The notes: generated by a model not told the origin, from the letters alone. Counted from the stretch's first letter, positions 10,730 through 22,279 are shown. The stretch is DNA of 64,000 nt from Candidatus Multivorans sp. (GCA_965247095.1 OZ251997.1:4128001-4192000), one strand, 5' to 3'. Program-made: numbers and translations.

Positions 10730-13153
10730 GTGGACGCCGTGGCGCCCACCTTCGTGCCAGTCAATAGACTGGCCGGGAGGGACTCGGAGGGAATGGGACG
10801 ACGAACCGAAGGCCGCGGGGCTACAGTGACGCTGGGCCCCCGTTTCGGCTGGTGGCGGATGATGTCGCTGGCATTCCTGATCTTGGTGGCGGTCGTAGCC
10901 GCGCCGCTGCAACCCACCGCCCAGGCCCAGCCGCCGGACGAGGTCGAACTCACCGTCCACGTTGACGCGATCGCGTCGCGCGAAGAAGCGCCGTCCGGCG
11001 ACGTAACAATCGAATTCACCGAAGCCTCGACCCGCGAACCGGTGGCGTCCTACGTTGTCGAGGCTTCTTCGGACGAGCAGACCCTCCAGGTCACCGTGCC
11101 GGTGCTCGAGTCGCGCTCCGGCTGGTTCGCTTCCGCGCGGTCAGAGCGTTGGTGGAGTTCGACGGAGTACATCCCCCCGGACGCCCGGGAGGTGTCGCTA
11201 ACGCTGGTGCCCGAAGGCGTGGTGCGATTCGCCATCGACGGCACGGACAAGGGAGTCGATCTCCTCGAGACAGGCCAGGTCTGGATCGGCGGCCGGGTCG
11301 GCAGTCGCGGTGTGCGCCTCGAGCGACGAACCTACGGCGGGCCCTGCGAGGTGGACCGGGAGCCGGACCGGCGGGAGGTGCTGATCGCCTGCCCGTTCGC
11401 CCGGGACGAAACGGTCGACCTGCGCGTCCGGTTGGGCCTGTTCCTGCCACTACTGCGGTCTGATGTGACCGTCACGGCCGACACCGATCTGGGCCTGATC
11501 GAGCCGGTCCGGGGCGCGGTTGTGACGGGCAGCGTGGCTTCGGCCGACGGCTCGAGCCACCAGCTCGCCCTGATTCAGCGACACGCGCCGCTGGCATTCG
11601 GCTGGTCCGGCTGGACGGATCCCGGAGGCGTTTTCGTCTTCGAGGGGCTTGCGCCGGGCGCCTATGAACTCCGGATTCGCGCTTCCGATGGCGACAGTTG
11701 GCCGGCGCGCGTCGAGTCGTTGTCGGACCACATCGACCTGGGACCACTCGTGTCGGCGGCCGCGAATCTCCTTGCCGTTTCCTTCGTGTCGCCGAGCGCC
11801 TTCGAGATCGGCGGCTTGAAGCCGAGGGTTGTAGCTGCGACGCTGGGGCCGGACGGTGACGTGGAGGCTCGCGGACGGAGGTTCGAGGCGGAGGAACGGG
11901 GAACGGATGGCGCCTTTGTCTGGCGAGGCCTAGCCGTCGGCGACTATGAGGTATGGGTCGAGGACAACCGCGGCAATCGCTGGCACAGGGAGGTCGTTCA
12001 TTTCTTCGGGCACGATCGCTTCTACCTCGAACTTGACGCGGTGCCGCTCGTCGGGCGGATTGAGCGCGGCGGGGTGCCTCTGGAGAACGTGATGGTCTGG
12101 TTCGGCGGCCTTTGGGGCATAGATCGGGTGTCCTTCCGCAGTCGCGAAGAGGGCCGCTTCAGTGGCTTGCTGCCGAGAGAGGGTGATTGGCCGGTAGCAG
12201 TGACTCCGGTGCCCGCCTGCGATCCGTGCGAGGGCGACTGGAACACGAACGACTGGGAAGGCTTCGACAGCAGCGAGGTGAATGGCGCCGGCACCTTTGA
12301 GATCGAGGCGGATTCCGACGGCGTTGCGCGTGTCGACATCGATCTCCCGGGGAGCGTGGTCGGCGGCCGGGTGGTGAGGCGGATGGTCGAGAGCGGCGCC
12401 CTCGAGCCCGTGGAAGGCGCTCGCGTGTGGATATACGCCGTTGCGGAAGTGGCCGGCGAGCGGCACAACTTTCGGCTGCCCAACGAATGGCGTCGAAGAA
12501 CCGACGCCGACGGGGCCTTCGAGGTCACCGGTCTGCCGGAGTGGGAGTACAGCATCTACGCCCAGGGCTGGGTGGATGACCGCGAACTTCAGTCGCGGGA
12601 GTTGCAGCTTCAGTTGGCGAGCGACGACCGGATCGAGGATCTCGAGCTTCGTCTGGACGACTTGCGGCCCGTGTCCATCGTGGTCCGTTCAGGCGGTGTT
12701 CCTGTGTCCGGCGCGCAAACGTTTGTGCTTTTTCCGGCCGGTACACCAAGCGTCGACTCGAACAGCTACACAGACAGTTCGGGCGTCGCTTCGCACTGGC
12801 TGCCGATGGAGGCGGAGGTGATCGATGTCGTTGTCCGGCTCGAAGGCCTCGGGATGATCGGCTGGCGGTTTGAGGTTCGGGATGAAGCGCCGTTGGAGGT
12901 GGAGATGTCCCCGGATCGCGGTGATCTCCGCGTGCCGGACTCGTGGAAGGCCTGGCTGGTCACGCCGGGCGGGGTCTCGGTCAGAGTCGGGCGCACACTC
13001 GCGGCCGTGGCTGACCGAGGTCAGATTCGGACCGATGGAGACGAGTTCGTTGTAAGGGATCTGGCCCCGGGTACCTACTCGTACTGCTTGCCGGGCGGTG
13101 TCTGCAGCACGGTAGACGTCGTGCCCTGGGCCGAGAGCAGGGTGCGGGAGTAG
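10730..13153 (+). CDS. Secreted beta-sandwich (carboxypeptidase-regulatory-like/Cna-B-type repeat) protein; start uncertain
   Basis: Signal-like MMSLAFLILVAVVAAPLQPTAQA; repeated TD.DG.F.F.GL.PG.Y motifs. Confidence 0.75.
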   Translation: MDAVAPTFVPVNRLAGRDSEGMGRRTEGRGATVTLGPRFGWWRMMSLAFLILVAVVAAPLQPTAQAQPPDEVELTVHVDAIASREEAPSGDVTIEFTEASTREPVASYVVEASSDEQTLQVTVPVLESRSGWFASARSERWWSSTEYIPPDAREVSLTLVPEGVVRFAIDGTDKGVDLLETGQVWIGGRVGSRGVRLERRTYGGPCEVDREPDRREVLIACPFARDETVDLRVRLGLFLPLLRSDVTVTADTDLGLIEPVRGAVVTGSVASADGSSHQLALIQRHAPLAFGWSGWTDPGGVFVFEGLAPGAYELRIRASDGDSWPARVESLSDHIDLGPLVSAAANLLAVSFVSPSAFEIGGLKPRVVAATLGPDGDVEARGRRFEAEERGTDGAFVWRGLAVGDYEVWVEDNRGNRWHREVVHFFGHDRFYLELDAVPLVGRIERGGVPLENVMVWFGGLWGIDRVSFRSREEGRFSGLLPREGDWPVAVTPVPACDPCEGDWNTNDWEGFDSSEVNGAGTFEIEADSDGVARVDIDLPGSVVGGRVVRRMVESGALEPVEGARVWIYAVAEVAGERHNFRLPNEWRRRTDADGAFEVTGLPEWEYSIYAQGWVDDRELQSRELQLQLASDDRIEDLELRLDDLRPVSIVVRSGGVPVSGAQTFVLFPAGTPSVDSNSYTDSSGVASHWLPMEAEVIDVVVRLEGLGMIGWRFEVRDEAPLEVEMSPDRGDLRVPDSWKAWLVTPGGVSVRVGRTLAAVADRGQIRTDGDEFVVRDLAPGTYSYCLPGGVCSTVDVVPWAESRVRE

Positions 13154-13174
13154 CGGTTCCGCGACAGAGGAGAT

Positions 13175-14944
13175 TCAGTTCGCCGCCGCGCCAGCTTCCG
13201 GAGTCGGCACCGTCACCGGCTGGCGAACCAGCGACATCACCCCCGTCGTCTCGTCCCGGACACCGACGGCGACCTGGTACCCGCCCTCGGGCAGGTTCAT
13301 CGCGACTTCGACGCGGTAGTGGCCGTCCACGGCCGAAACACCGGTTTCGCCGCCGACGGCGATCGTCTTCTGGCGGACGGCGCTACGGGCGCCCTTCTCG
13401 TCCTCGACGGCGACGAGCCAGAGCCGGAGCTGAGCGGTCGCGTTTCGCTCCTCGCCGTTCTTGCCCGGCAGCGTCACGATCGCCTCCGCCGGCACGCTGA
13501 CGCCGACGGTCAATTCATGGACCTTCTCCTCGAGCGGCGTGGTGCCGCCGAAGTCGACACGCGCTCCGAGCGGGTTCTCCGAATTGCCGAGGTAGGCGAC
13601 GGACAGCAGCCGCTCGGCGAGCCGCTCGTCCAGCGACTTGTCCCGGTAGGTGCGGCGGTACTCGATCCTCCGCCCCTTGTCGGCGTCGGGCGCCAGTTGG
13701 ACGGAGATCTGCCTTACCCGGCCCGGCTTGCGTTCCTCGGAGACGAAACCGAGAGAATACGAGGCGGCGAGTTCTTCGGTCATGTCGTCGAGGAGGATCG
13801 ACAGATCGTTCGCGTTGATCAGGGCCTTGCCGCCGGTTTCGTTGGCCAGCAGGTGCAGCCCGCTCTGCGCGTTCATCGAGTAGAGGCTGACGTTCTGGAA
13901 ACTCGGCGCTCGATTCGGATTGTCGAGCGAGATGCCGGGAGCGGAACTGCGAAGGCCGGCGGCATCCAGGCCGTAGAACGTGACCCGGTTCGCGTTGGCA
14001 TGAGCGGAGATGCGGTTGAACCGGCTGCTCTCGTCGTACTGCACCATCTCGGCCATCGCTTCCGAGGGCGCGCTGGGCCGCTCGGACGCGCATAGTTGGT
14101 TGCCGAGGTAGTCGAGGACGGAGATCCCCGGCCGTTGCGGCAGCCCGTCCGTGATGTGCACGACCGTCTTCTTGCCCGGCACGCCGGCAAGGGTCGTCAC
14201 CAGATCGGCAAGACCGTCCACCGCGATCGCCGTGTTCGTCGCCTGGTTGTCCGCGTACTGCCTGGCCAGCGACAGCAACTCACCCCAGTTGTCCTCGCAG
14301 GGTCGGCAGAACGGAGCCGTCTCGCAGAACTCCTGACTGTCGATCATGCTCCTGATCGCGAACCGTCGGGCGCCGCCGCCGTTCTGGAGCGCGCGCGGCG
14401 ACCCTTTCGGCACGGTGGCGGCCCCTTCCAGGATCGTGTCCAGGTCGCGGGTCGGCGGTACGAGCACTTCGAGCCGGTGGTCGAACCGCGCGAGCATGAA
14501 GCGCGCGTCCATCGACCGCCACGGTTCGACCGCGGCCTCCAGACGTCGCAGCAAGCGGGTGCGGTGAGATGGGAAGATGTTCGGGTCATCCAGGTAGAAG
14601 ACGACGGTGAGCGGGCCTTCGTCCGTGGCGCCGGCCGTGGCCTCGCTGCGGACGACAGCGCGTTCTTTGTTGGGCCGGCCTGCCCGTTCCTCTACGTAGA
14701 TCGCCGACACGAAGAAGTTCGAGATCTCGACCGGCCGGCCGTCCACGTGCAGCTCAAAGTCCTCGCGCTTCAGATCCTTGACCGGACGGCCCTTCTTGTC
14801 CGTGACGACGACATCGACCTCGACCACCTGGACATCGACGGAGTCGACGAAGGGTTGATCGGTTTGCGCGCCAAGCGCGCCGACGCCGGCGATGGCGGCG
14901 ATCAGAGTCGCTGCGGGAGCGAACGTTCGCCTGCAGCTCGTCAT
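13175..14944 (-). CDS. VWA-domain protein of the Acidobacterial VWFA type
   Basis: Signal peptide; VEVDVVVTDKKGRPVKDLKREDF; PGKKTVVHITDG; LANETGGK; YSLGF. Confidence 0.88.
   Translation of the reverse strand: MTSCRRTFAPAATLIAAIAGVGALGAQTDQPFVDSVDVQVVEVDVVVTDKKGRPVKDLKREDFELHVDGRPVEISNFFVSAIYVEERAGRPNKERAVVRSEATAGATDEGPLTVVFYLDDPNIFPSHRTRLLRRLEAAVEPWRSMDARFMLARFDHRLEVLVPPTRDLDTILEGAATVPKGSPRALQNGGGARRFAIRSMIDSQEFCETAPFCRPCEDNWGELLSLARQYADNQATNTAIAVDGLADLVTTLAGVPGKKTVVHITDGLPQRPGISVLDYLGNQLCASERPSAPSEAMAEMVQYDESSRFNRISAHANANRVTFYGLDAAGLRSSAPGISLDNPNRAPSFQNVSLYSMNAQSGLHLLANETGGKALINANDLSILLDDMTEELAASYSLGFVSEERKPGRVRQISVQLAPDADKGRRIEYRRTYRDKSLDERLAERLLSVAYLGNSENPLGARVDFGGTTPLEEKVHELTVGVSVPAEAIVTLPGKNGEERNATAQLRLWLVAVEDEKGARSAVRQKTIAVGGETGVSAVDGHYRVEVAMNLPEGGYQVAVGVRDETTGVMSLVRQPVTVPTPEAGAAAN
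14711..14847. repeat. 137-bp near-identical direct repeat of 16441-16577
   Basis: By-eye comparison shows 2 mismatches over the 5' coding segments of the two VWA genes. Confidence 0.85.
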
Positions 14945-16680
14945 CGCGACCGCGCCCGGGCCGCACCGTGAGGCTGGCGCGGTACGGTGACGGACTCGCG
15001 GATCAGCGACATCTCCCCGGTCGTCTCATCCCGGACCCCGACAACGACCTGGTAGTCGTTTTCGGGCAGGCTCAGGGCCACTTCGAAGCTGTAGACGCCG
15101 TCGCTCGCGGCGACATTGCTGGAATCGCCCACCTCAACCGTCATCTGACGTACGGGGGTGCGACCGCCCCTCTTCTCCTCCACCGCCAGCAGCAGCAGGC
15201 GGAGCACGCCACTCGGGTCGCCGCTGCCAGGGCGCATCAGGATCGCCTCTTCGGGGACGAAGATGCTGACGGGAAGTCGATGCACCTTCTTCTCCCGCGG
15301 GGTCGTCTCGCCCAAGTCGACGCTCACGCCCAGCGGATTGGAGGAGTTGCCAAGGTAGGCCACGGACATCAGTTGTTCAGCCAGTTGCTCGTCGGAGGTC
15401 TTGTCACGGTAGGACCGGCGGTACTCCACCCTGAGGCCCTTGGCGGCGTCCGGAGCGAGTTCGACCTTCAAACGGCGTACTTCGCCCAGCTTCCTCTCGT
15501 CGGGGACGAAACCCAGGGAGTAGGAGGAGGCGAGTTGATCGGCCACGTCTTCGAACAGGACGGCCATGTCGTTCGAGTTGAGAAGAGCCTTGCCGCCGGT
15601 CTCGGAGGCGAGTTGATGCAGGCCGCCCTGGACGTTCGTCCAGTGCAGACGGTCGTTGGAGAATGACGGGGCGCCGCCGTCGAAGGCCATGGACTGGCTG
15701 AGACCGGTTCGAATACCGGCGGCGTCCAGCATGAAGAACGTGACGCGGTTCGCGTTCGCGTGCGCCGAGATGCGCTGGAATCGGTTGCTCTCGTCGTACT
15801 GCTGCGCTTCCGAGTTGGCTTCGCTGACGATTCCTGGGGCGTTCGGGCACAGGTCTTCGGCGATGTACATGAAGACCGACAGCCCGGGCTGCTGTGGCAG
15901 TCCGTCGCTCACGTACACGATCGCCTTCTTCCCGGGGATTCCGGCCAGGGTGCTGGTCAGGTCGGCAAGACCGTCGGCCGCTATGGCGGCGCGGGTCCCC
16001 TGCTCGTTCGCGTGCATGCCAGCCAGCGCGAGGAGTTGGCCGACGTTCTGGCAGCCACGGTTGTTCCGGTTCAGATCCTGAATCACCATCTGTCTGGAGC
16101 GTTGGTTCCGAATTGCCCGGGCGAGTCCCTTCGGGCGGTTTGCCGCCGCCTCCAGGATCGCGTCTAGATCCCGCGTCGGCGGCACGACGACCTCCAACCG
16201 GTTGACAAAGCGCGCCATCATGAACCGGGCGTTCATCGACCGCCAGGATTCGACGGCGGACTTCAGGCGCCTCAGCAGCCGCGTGCGATAGGGAGGGAAG
16301 AGGTTCGCATCGTCCATGTAGAGGACGATCGTGAGCGGGACAGGATCGTCCCCGTAGCCGGTCGCTGCAGGCGTTGCCTCGGCTGTCGGCGTATTGCTCC
16401 GATCGGTGGGCTGGGCCGGCTCCGTGAGAATCTCCGACTCGAAGAAGTTCGAGATCTCGACCGGCCGGCCGTCCACGTACAGCTCAAAGTCCTCGCGCTT
16501 CAGATCCTTGACCGGACGGCCCTTCTTGTCGGTGACGACGACATCGACCTCGACCACCTGGACATCGACGGAGTCGATGAAGGTCTGACTCGGCTGGGCC
16601 GAAAGTGTGGCCGAGCCGGCAAGGCTCAGCAACAGGGCCAGGACCAGAGCGGATCCGCGATTGTGGTCAGTGAGTGTCAC
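14941..16680 (-). CDS. VWA-domain protein (paralog of 13175-14944)
   Basis: Same motifs: PGKKAIVYVSDG, LASETGGK, SYSLGF; stop overlaps next start. Confidence 0.88.
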   Translation of the reverse strand: MTLTDHNRGSALVLALLLSLAGSATLSAQPSQTFIDSVDVQVVEVDVVVTDKKGRPVKDLKREDFELYVDGRPVEISNFFESEILTEPAQPTDRSNTPTAEATPAATGYGDDPVPLTIVLYMDDANLFPPYRTRLLRRLKSAVESWRSMNARFMMARFVNRLEVVVPPTRDLDAILEAAANRPKGLARAIRNQRSRQMVIQDLNRNNRGCQNVGQLLALAGMHANEQGTRAAIAADGLADLTSTLAGIPGKKAIVYVSDGLPQQPGLSVFMYIAEDLCPNAPGIVSEANSEAQQYDESNRFQRISAHANANRVTFFMLDAAGIRTGLSQSMAFDGGAPSFSNDRLHWTNVQGGLHQLASETGGKALLNSNDMAVLFEDVADQLASSYSLGFVPDERKLGEVRRLKVELAPDAAKGLRVEYRRSYRDKTSDEQLAEQLMSVAYLGNSSNPLGVSVDLGETTPREKKVHRLPVSIFVPEEAILMRPGSGDPSGVLRLLLLAVEEKRGGRTPVRQMTVEVGDSSNVAASDGVYSFEVALSLPENDYQVVVGVRDETTGEMSLIRESVTVPRQPHGAARARSR

Positions 16681-16805
16681 CGTCTTACGTCCTGCGCCCC
16701 TGTCGGAGCGGGTCGGTCGAGCTTGACACCAGAATGAAGCGCAACTTCCGTGCCAGGTGGCGCGACCAGCTACTACGATACAGGCTTGTCCCAGAGCCCC
16801 TGCAG

Positions 16806-17792
16806 ATGACCCCCCGTTCCACCGCCGCGCTCCAGGCCGTGGTCGCCGGCATCCTGTTCTCGACCGGCGGGGCCGCGGTCAAGGCGACGGAACTCGATGC
16901 CTGGCAGGTGGCGGGGATGCGGTCCGTCGTCGCGGCCGCGGTGCTGCTGTTGGCGATTCCCGCGGCGCGGCGCTGGACGGGCGGTTCGGGACGGACCGGG
17001 GACGCCGCCGTCTCCGGTTGGTGGCGCAGCGCCGCGCGGCGGCGAGCCCTGCTCCTGACCTTGGGCACCGGCTGCTGCTACTGCCTGACCCTGGTGCTGT
17101 TCGTGCACGCGAACAAGCGGACCACGGCCGCTGAGACGATCTTCCTGCAGTCGACGGCGCCGCTGTTCGTGCTGCTGCTGTCTCCCATCCTGCTGCGGGA
17201 GCGCCCGGGGGCGAGGCAGCTTCTGTTCGTGCCGCTGTTCGGCGCGGGTCTGGTGATGGCCTTCTTCGGCGGCGCCGATGGCGTTGCGACCGCGCCCGAT
17301 CCTCGGACCGGGAACGTCCTCGCCATGTTCTGCGGTCTGGCGTACGGCCTCACCCTGATCGGCCTGCGCGCCGCTGGCCGCCCGCTGTCGGCGGGAGGGG
17401 CGACCGGTACGCGGGGCGAAGTGTCCTCTGCAGGGGACGGTGGCGGTATCCGCGCGCCCGGGATTGCGGCCGCTGCCTGCGGCAACGTGATCGTATGCGT
17501 CGCTTGCCTGCCGGTAATGGCGCCGCTCCGGTCCGCCGATCCGGGCGATCTGGCGATCGTGGCGTTACTCGGGCTGTTCCAGGTCGCTCTCGGCTACGTC
17601 TTCGTGACCCGCGCGGCGCGCATCCTGGAGGCCCCCGTGCTCGCGCTGCTGCTGCTCCTGGAGCCGGCGCTCAGCCCCTTCTGGGCGATGTGGCTCCACG
17701 GCGAGCAGCCGCACCTGCTGACCTGGCTGGGCGGTGGGGTCATAGCAACGGCGACGGTGCTGCTGGCGACGGTGGGGCGAAAGGCGGCGTAG
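16806..17792 (+). CDS. DMT/EamA family transporter
   Basis: About 10 hydrophobic helices; FLQSTAPLFV..LS..LLRE; LLEPALSP.W. Confidence 0.88.
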   Translation: MTPRSTAALQAVVAGILFSTGGAAVKATELDAWQVAGMRSVVAAAVLLLAIPAARRWTGGSGRTGDAAVSGWWRSAARRRALLLTLGTGCCYCLTLVLFVHANKRTTAAETIFLQSTAPLFVLLLSPILLRERPGARQLLFVPLFGAGLVMAFFGGADGVATAPDPRTGNVLAMFCGLAYGLTLIGLRAAGRPLSAGGATGTRGEVSSAGDGGGIRAPGIAAAACGNVIVCVACLPVMAPLRSADPGDLAIVALLGLFQVALGYVFVTRAARILEAPVLALLLLLEPALSPFWAMWLHGEQPHLLTWLGGGVIATATVLLATVGRKAA

Positions 17793-17795
17793 TTG

Positions 17796-17828
17796 CCGGA
17801 TGCGGGCGAGCCGCCCGCGTTCCCAGGG
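17796..17828 (-). repeat. REP-like palindromic repeat
   Basis: Reverse complement CCCTGGGAACGCGGGCGGCTCGCCCGCATCCGG. Confidence 0.85.
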
Positions 17829-17835
17829 TTGTCTG

Positions 17836-17860
17836 CTAAACAATCGCCTTCAGCGGCGTC
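17836..17860 (+). promoter_or_regulatory. Possible ECF-type promoter (CTAAAC-N15-CGTC)
   Basis: AAC/CGTC elements upstream of an ECF sigma gene; spacer slightly short. Confidence 0.3.
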
Positions 17861-17925
17861 TTCACCACTGAACCCACCCGCGCGCCGGCACCGAGCCGGC
17901 ACGCCCGGAGCCAAGGAGGCGCCGT

Positions 17926-18588
17926 TTGACGACTGCCACCGTTTCGATGACCACAGAGCCGCCCGCAGCGCCTCCCCCGATGCCGGACTCGACCGGAGCG
18001 GGGCTGCGGGATTTATTCGAAGAGCATCACCGACTCATCTTCCGTACCGCCTGGCGGGTCACCGGCGCCGCGAACGACGCGGAGGATGTCCTGCAGACGA
18101 TCTTCCTGCGGCTTCTGAAGCGGCCCCCCGCGGCGCTGGAGACGGGGAACGCCGGCGGCTACCTGCGGCGGGCGGCGATCAACGCCTCGCTCGACCTGAT
18201 CCGGTCCCGTAAACGCTCCCGTCTCGTGGCGCTCGATCAGCAGATCATCGAGGAAATGGAACCGGCCGGGGACGGAGCGAGCGACCCGGACCGGCGCTTT
18301 GCGGGCCTGGAGCTGCGCGACCGGCTGCGGCGGGAGTTGGCAGGGGTGAACCCGCGGGCGGCGGAGATGTTCGTTCTCCGCTACTTCGAGGGCTACCGGA
18401 ACTCCGAGATCGGGCCCATGCTGGGCACTTCGCGCATGACCGTGGCGGTGACGCTGCATCGCTTGCGCAAGCGTCTGAGACTGGCGCTGGCCGACGAACT
18501 GAATGTGGGCCAAACCGACGACAGGCGCTCCGGACGGGAATCCGGACGGGAAGAGGAAGGACAGGAAGGAACGGAGGTGCAGACGTGA
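17926..18588 (+). CDS. ECF RNA polymerase sigma factor
   Basis: DAEDVLQTIF, YLRRAAIN..LD, FVLRYFEGYRNSEIG, V.V.LHR. Confidence 0.92.
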   Translation: MTTATVSMTTEPPAAPPPMPDSTGAGLRDLFEEHHRLIFRTAWRVTGAANDAEDVLQTIFLRLLKRPPAALETGNAGGYLRRAAINASLDLIRSRKRSRLVALDQQIIEEMEPAGDGASDPDRRFAGLELRDRLRRELAGVNPRAAEMFVLRYFEGYRNSEIGPMLGTSRMTVAVTLHRLRKRLRLALADELNVGQTDDRRSGRESGREEEGQEGTEVQT

Positions 18589-21332
18589 GCGACCGCAACC
18601 AGATGAATCGGACCCTGATCGAAACCGCACGGGCGATCGCGGCCGAGCAGCCGCCGGCCGATGCCGCCGCAGCGGCAGCGGAACGGGTGCGCAGCGCCCT
18701 CGCCGCCGCCACCGCGGATGCCGTGGCCGTCGCGGACCCGAGCGACGCCGGCGCTACGACGCTGACCCTGACTTCCTGCGCCGACTACCAGGCGCGGATA
18801 CCGGCCCTGGTCGCGGGCACGTTGCCGGAGGCGCAGAGTCTCCTGGTCGAGGATCACAGTCGCGAGTGCATTCCCTGCCGCAAGCACCTGCAGGCCGTGC
18901 GCGCGGGCCGCGCCGTGTCGGAGTGGTCCGGGCCGGCGGCGCCGGCGCGGGTCGGCCGCTACTACGCCGCGGCGGCCGTTGTGCTGGCGGCGGGGGCGGC
19001 TGGCGTCTGGCTCAGCCAGCGAGTGTTGCTGCCGCCGCAAGAAGGCATCGTCCAGGTCCAGAGCGTGGACGGCCGGATGTTCCTCGCCGGTTCCGGCGGC
19101 GCCGACCTCGTGCCGCTTGGGCCCGGTGACGCGATCGACGGCGGTGACCGGATTCGCACCGGCGCCGGCAGCCGCGCGGTGCTCGAACTCGCCGACGGAT
19201 CGCGCATCGAGGCCGCCGGCCTCACCACCTTCCGCGTCGACGCCAGGCGCCGGGGCGACCGCGTCCGGGTCGACCGGGGCAGCGTGATCGTCCAGGCGGC
19301 GAAGCAGGAGAACCGGTCGCTGGTCGTGTCGACCGAGGAGATGCTGGTGTCGGTCAAGGGCACGATCTTCGCCGTCACGCACGGCGTCAAGGGCTCTCGC
19401 GTGTCGGTGATCGAGGGTGAGGTCGAGGTCGAGCAGGGTCGCAAGCGGCAGAGCCTGCTGGCCGGCGATCAACTGCGGAGCCGGACGACCCTGGCCGCGC
19501 TGACCCTCCAGGAAGAGGTCGGCTGGAGCCAGGACGCCGACCGCTACCTGGCGCTGCTGGAAGAGTTCAAGTCGCTGCGCAGCGAGCTGAACCAGTTGAT
19601 GGAGGCGGCCCCGGTTCGCTACTCGACCCGGCTGCTCGACTTGATGCCGAGCGATACGACCGGGTATCTGGCGATGCCGAACGCTTCGGCGACGCTGAGC
19701 GAGATGGTCGAGTTGATCCGTTCCCGGATGGAGTCGAGCGAGTTGCTCGCCGGGTGGTGGGCGGAGCTTGAGGCGTCGGGCGTGGTCGACACGATCGACG
19801 ACCTGGTGGGGAACCTGGGGGAGCTCGGCGACGCGATGGGCGATGAGACCGTCGTTGCCTTTGTCCGCGGTGCCGGCGACGAGACGTTCACGCCGCTGCT
19901 GGTGACCGAAGTGACCGACGCCGCGGCTCTGCGCGAAGCGCTCGAGGGTCACATCGAGGACCTCTCGGAGGGAGGCGACGAAGATCCGATCCGCATCCTC
20001 GACGATCTCGATTCGGCGACCGAGTCCGGCGGCGAACTCCTGGTGTGGATCGCCGACGACATCGCCGCGGCCTCGACCTCGCTCGCGACGGTGCGGACCG
20101 TGGCCGCGAATGCGGATGGCGCCACCAACGCCTTCGTCGGCGCCCGCCTGCACGATCGGCTCGCGGACCGCTACGCCGCGGGCGCCGAGCTGCTCGCGGC
20201 GGTCGACCTGGCGACGTTTGTTTCCGGAATGGGCGATGCTGACGAGGACGAAGATGGCGCTGAAGCGTTCGCGTTCACCGGGCTCGACAAGGTCCAGGAT
20301 CTGGTCGTCTCCCGCACCCAGGACGGCGACCGCGCGAACGTCACCGCGACCCTGACCTTCGACGGCGAGCGTTCCGGAATGATCTCCTGGCTGGCGGAAC
20401 CCGGGGCGAATGGCGCTCTGGACTTCTTCTCGCCCGACGCCTCCTTCGTCAGTGCCGGCGTGATCGAGGATCCGCTCACCATCTACGACGAGTTGTTGGA
20501 TGCCCTGGAGGACGCGGGCGTGGACGACGACGAGGCTCTGGCCGAGATCGAGGCCAAACTCGGCCTTTCCATCCGCAACGACTTCCTGGTGCATCTCGGC
20601 GGCGAGTACGCGGCCGGCATCGACGGGCCGGTGCTGCCGTCGCCGGCCTGGCTGGCGGTGGCGTCGGTCTACAACGCGGAAGCCCTGCAGAGTTCGATCG
20701 AGACGCTGGTGGAGAAGGCGACAGAGCTGCTGGCGGAGGTGGACGGCGCCGGAGACGCCAACGTGACCCTCGAAGAGCAGGAGTCGAACGGTCGCACCGT
20801 GTACCGTCTTGGGCTCGAGTTCGACGACAGCGACGAAGACGGCGGCGATGCCGGCGCCAGCGACGACGGCAAGGAGGACGACGACCTCGACGATGTGCTC
20901 GAGAGCCTCTTGGAAACTCCCGAGATCTTCTACACGTACTTTGATGGGTACATGGTGAGCGCCTCCAGCGTGGCAGCGATCGACACCGCGATCCGGTACC
21001 GGGGCAGTGACGCCTCGCTGACGGACAGCCAGCAGTTCATCGATCTGCTGCCCCCGAATGGGTACATCGACTTCTCCGCGATGGTCTACAACCGGCTTGC
21101 CGAGACGGCGAGTGAACTGTTCGAGCTGTTGCCCACCGGGGTCGTGAACGATGACCAGCAGGAGTTTGTCCAGGCGATCGAGGAATCGCTCAGCAGCCAG
21201 GGGCCGGCCCTCTACACCGTGTACGCGGGCCGCAGCGAGATCGTCGTGACCTCGAGCGGTCCGAGCCTGCTCGCCTTCTCCGGGCTGGGTCAGGTCCTCG
21301 GACTCGGCGCCTTGATGCAAGGATTGGAGTGA
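18585..21332 (+). CDS. Large anti-sigma factor: zinc-binding ZAS + TM + FecR domain + acidic extracytoplasmic domain
   Basis: C..(N)..HSRECIPC; [18 protein letters not shown]; FecR-like [32 protein letters not shown]. Confidence 0.82.
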   Translation: MSDRNQMNRTLIETARAIAAEQPPADAAAAAAERVRSALAAATADAVAVADPSDAGATTLTLTSCADYQARIPALVAGTLPEAQSLLVEDHSRECIPCRKHLQAVRAGRAVSEWSGPAAPARVGRYYAAAAVVLAAGAAGVWLSQRVLLPPQEGIVQVQSVDGRMFLAGSGGADLVPLGPGDAIDGGDRIRTGAGSRAVLELADGSRIEAAGLTTFRVDARRRGDRVRVDRGSVIVQAAKQENRSLVVSTEEMLVSVKGTIFAVTHGVKGSRVSVIEGEVEVEQGRKRQSLLAGDQLRSRTTLAALTLQEEVGWSQDADRYLALLEEFKSLRSELNQLMEAAPVRYSTRLLDLMPSDTTGYLAMPNASATLSEMVELIRSRMESSELLAGWWAELEASGVVDTIDDLVGNLGELGDAMGDETVVAFVRGAGDETFTPLLVTEVTDAAALREALEGHIEDLSEGGDEDPIRILDDLDSATESGGELLVWIADDIAAASTSLATVRTVAANADGATNAFVGARLHDRLADRYAAGAELLAAVDLATFVSGMGDADEDEDGAEAFAFTGLDKVQDLVVSRTQDGDRANVTATLTFDGERSGMISWLAEPGANGALDFFSPDASFVSAGVIEDPLTIYDELLDALEDAGVDDDEALAEIEAKLGLSIRNDFLVHLGGEYAAGIDGPVLPSPAWLAVASVYNAEALQSSIETLVEKATELLAEVDGAGDANVTLEEQESNGRTVYRLGLEFDDSDEDGGDAGASDDGKEDDDLDDVLESLLETPEIFYTYFDGYMVSASSVAAIDTAIRYRGSDASLTDSQQFIDLLPPNGYIDFSAMVYNRLAETASELFELLPTGVVNDDQQEFVQAIEESLSSQGPALYTVYAGRSEIVVTSSGPSLLAFSGLGQVLGLGALMQGLE

Positions 21333-22279
21333 CCGCCGCGCCGCCGGTCATCGACCTCGAGGCCTTAAGCGTCCGCTTCGGCCGGCACCAGGTCCTTGAC
21401 GACCTGCGCGGCGCCTTCTCGGGCCGCGCGATCGGTCTCCTGGGGCCGAACGGCGCCGGCAAGACGACGCTTCTGAACACCTTGCTCGGCTTCTACAAGC
21501 CGACTGCCGGCACCGCCCGCCTGTTCGGCATGGACATCACGGCCCAGGGCCGGGATCTGCGGCGCCAGGTCGGCTACATGCCCGAGCGGGACGCCTTCAT
21601 CGCCGGCATCTCCGGCGTCCGCTTCGTGCGGCTGATGGCGGAGCTCTCCGGGCTGCCGCCCGAGGCCGCTCTGGAGCGCGCCCACGAGGTCTTCTTCTAC
21701 GTCGGCCTGGGCGAGGCCCGGTACCGCAACGTGGAGACGTATTCGCTGGGCATGAAGCAACTGCTCAAGCTGGCGCAGGCGATCGTCCACGGGCCGAGCC
21801 TCCTCTTCCTCGACGAACCGACCAACGGGCTCGACCCGCCGGCGCGCCTCCGCATGCTGCGCCTGATCCGGGAGATCCGCGATTCGGGCAAGGCGAATGT
21901 CGTCGTCTCGTCCCATCTGCTGCGCGACGTGGAGGAGTGCTGCGAGGAAGTACTGGTGCTGAACCGGGGGCGGATCGCCACCTACTGCAACCTGGCCGAA
22001 GAGCGTCGCTCCAACCGGCGTTTCCTCGAGCTCGACCTGGGCGCCGAGCGCGAAGGTGCGGGAAGCGCCTTCCGGGCCGCGATCGAGGGGCTCGGCTGCG
22101 AGGTCGCGGTGGTCAACCGCCGCCGGATCAAGGCCGTGCTGCCGCCGGGCATCGAGGTGCGCCACATCTACGCCTCGGCGATCGAGCAGGATGTGACCAT
22201 TCGCCGGCTGGACTACAAGCGCACTTCGCTCGAGGACATCTTCCTCAAGGCGATGGAGGGCGACGATGGCCGTCTATGA
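21329..22279 (+). CDS. ABC-2 exporter ATP-binding subunit
   Basis: [26 protein letters not shown]. Confidence 0.93.
   Translation: MTAAPPVIDLEALSVRFGRHQVLDDLRGAFSGRAIGLLGPNGAGKTTLLNTLLGFYKPTAGTARLFGMDITAQGRDLRRQVGYMPERDAFIAGISGVRFVRLMAELSGLPPEAALERAHEVFFYVGLGEARYRNVETYSLGMKQLLKLAQAIVHGPSLLFLDEPTNGLDPPARLRMLRLIREIRDSGKANVVVSSHLLRDVEECCEEVLVLNRGRIATYCNLAEERRSNRRFLELDLGAEREGAGSAFRAAIEGLGCEVAVVNRRRIKAVLPPGIEVRHIYASAIEQDVTIRRLDYKRTSLEDIFLKAMEGDDGRL

Noticed and set aside
18393-21320. Long antisense ORFs (this 975-aa one and many similar)
   Set aside because: Shadow frames expected in high-GC DNA opposite well-supported genes; no motifs.
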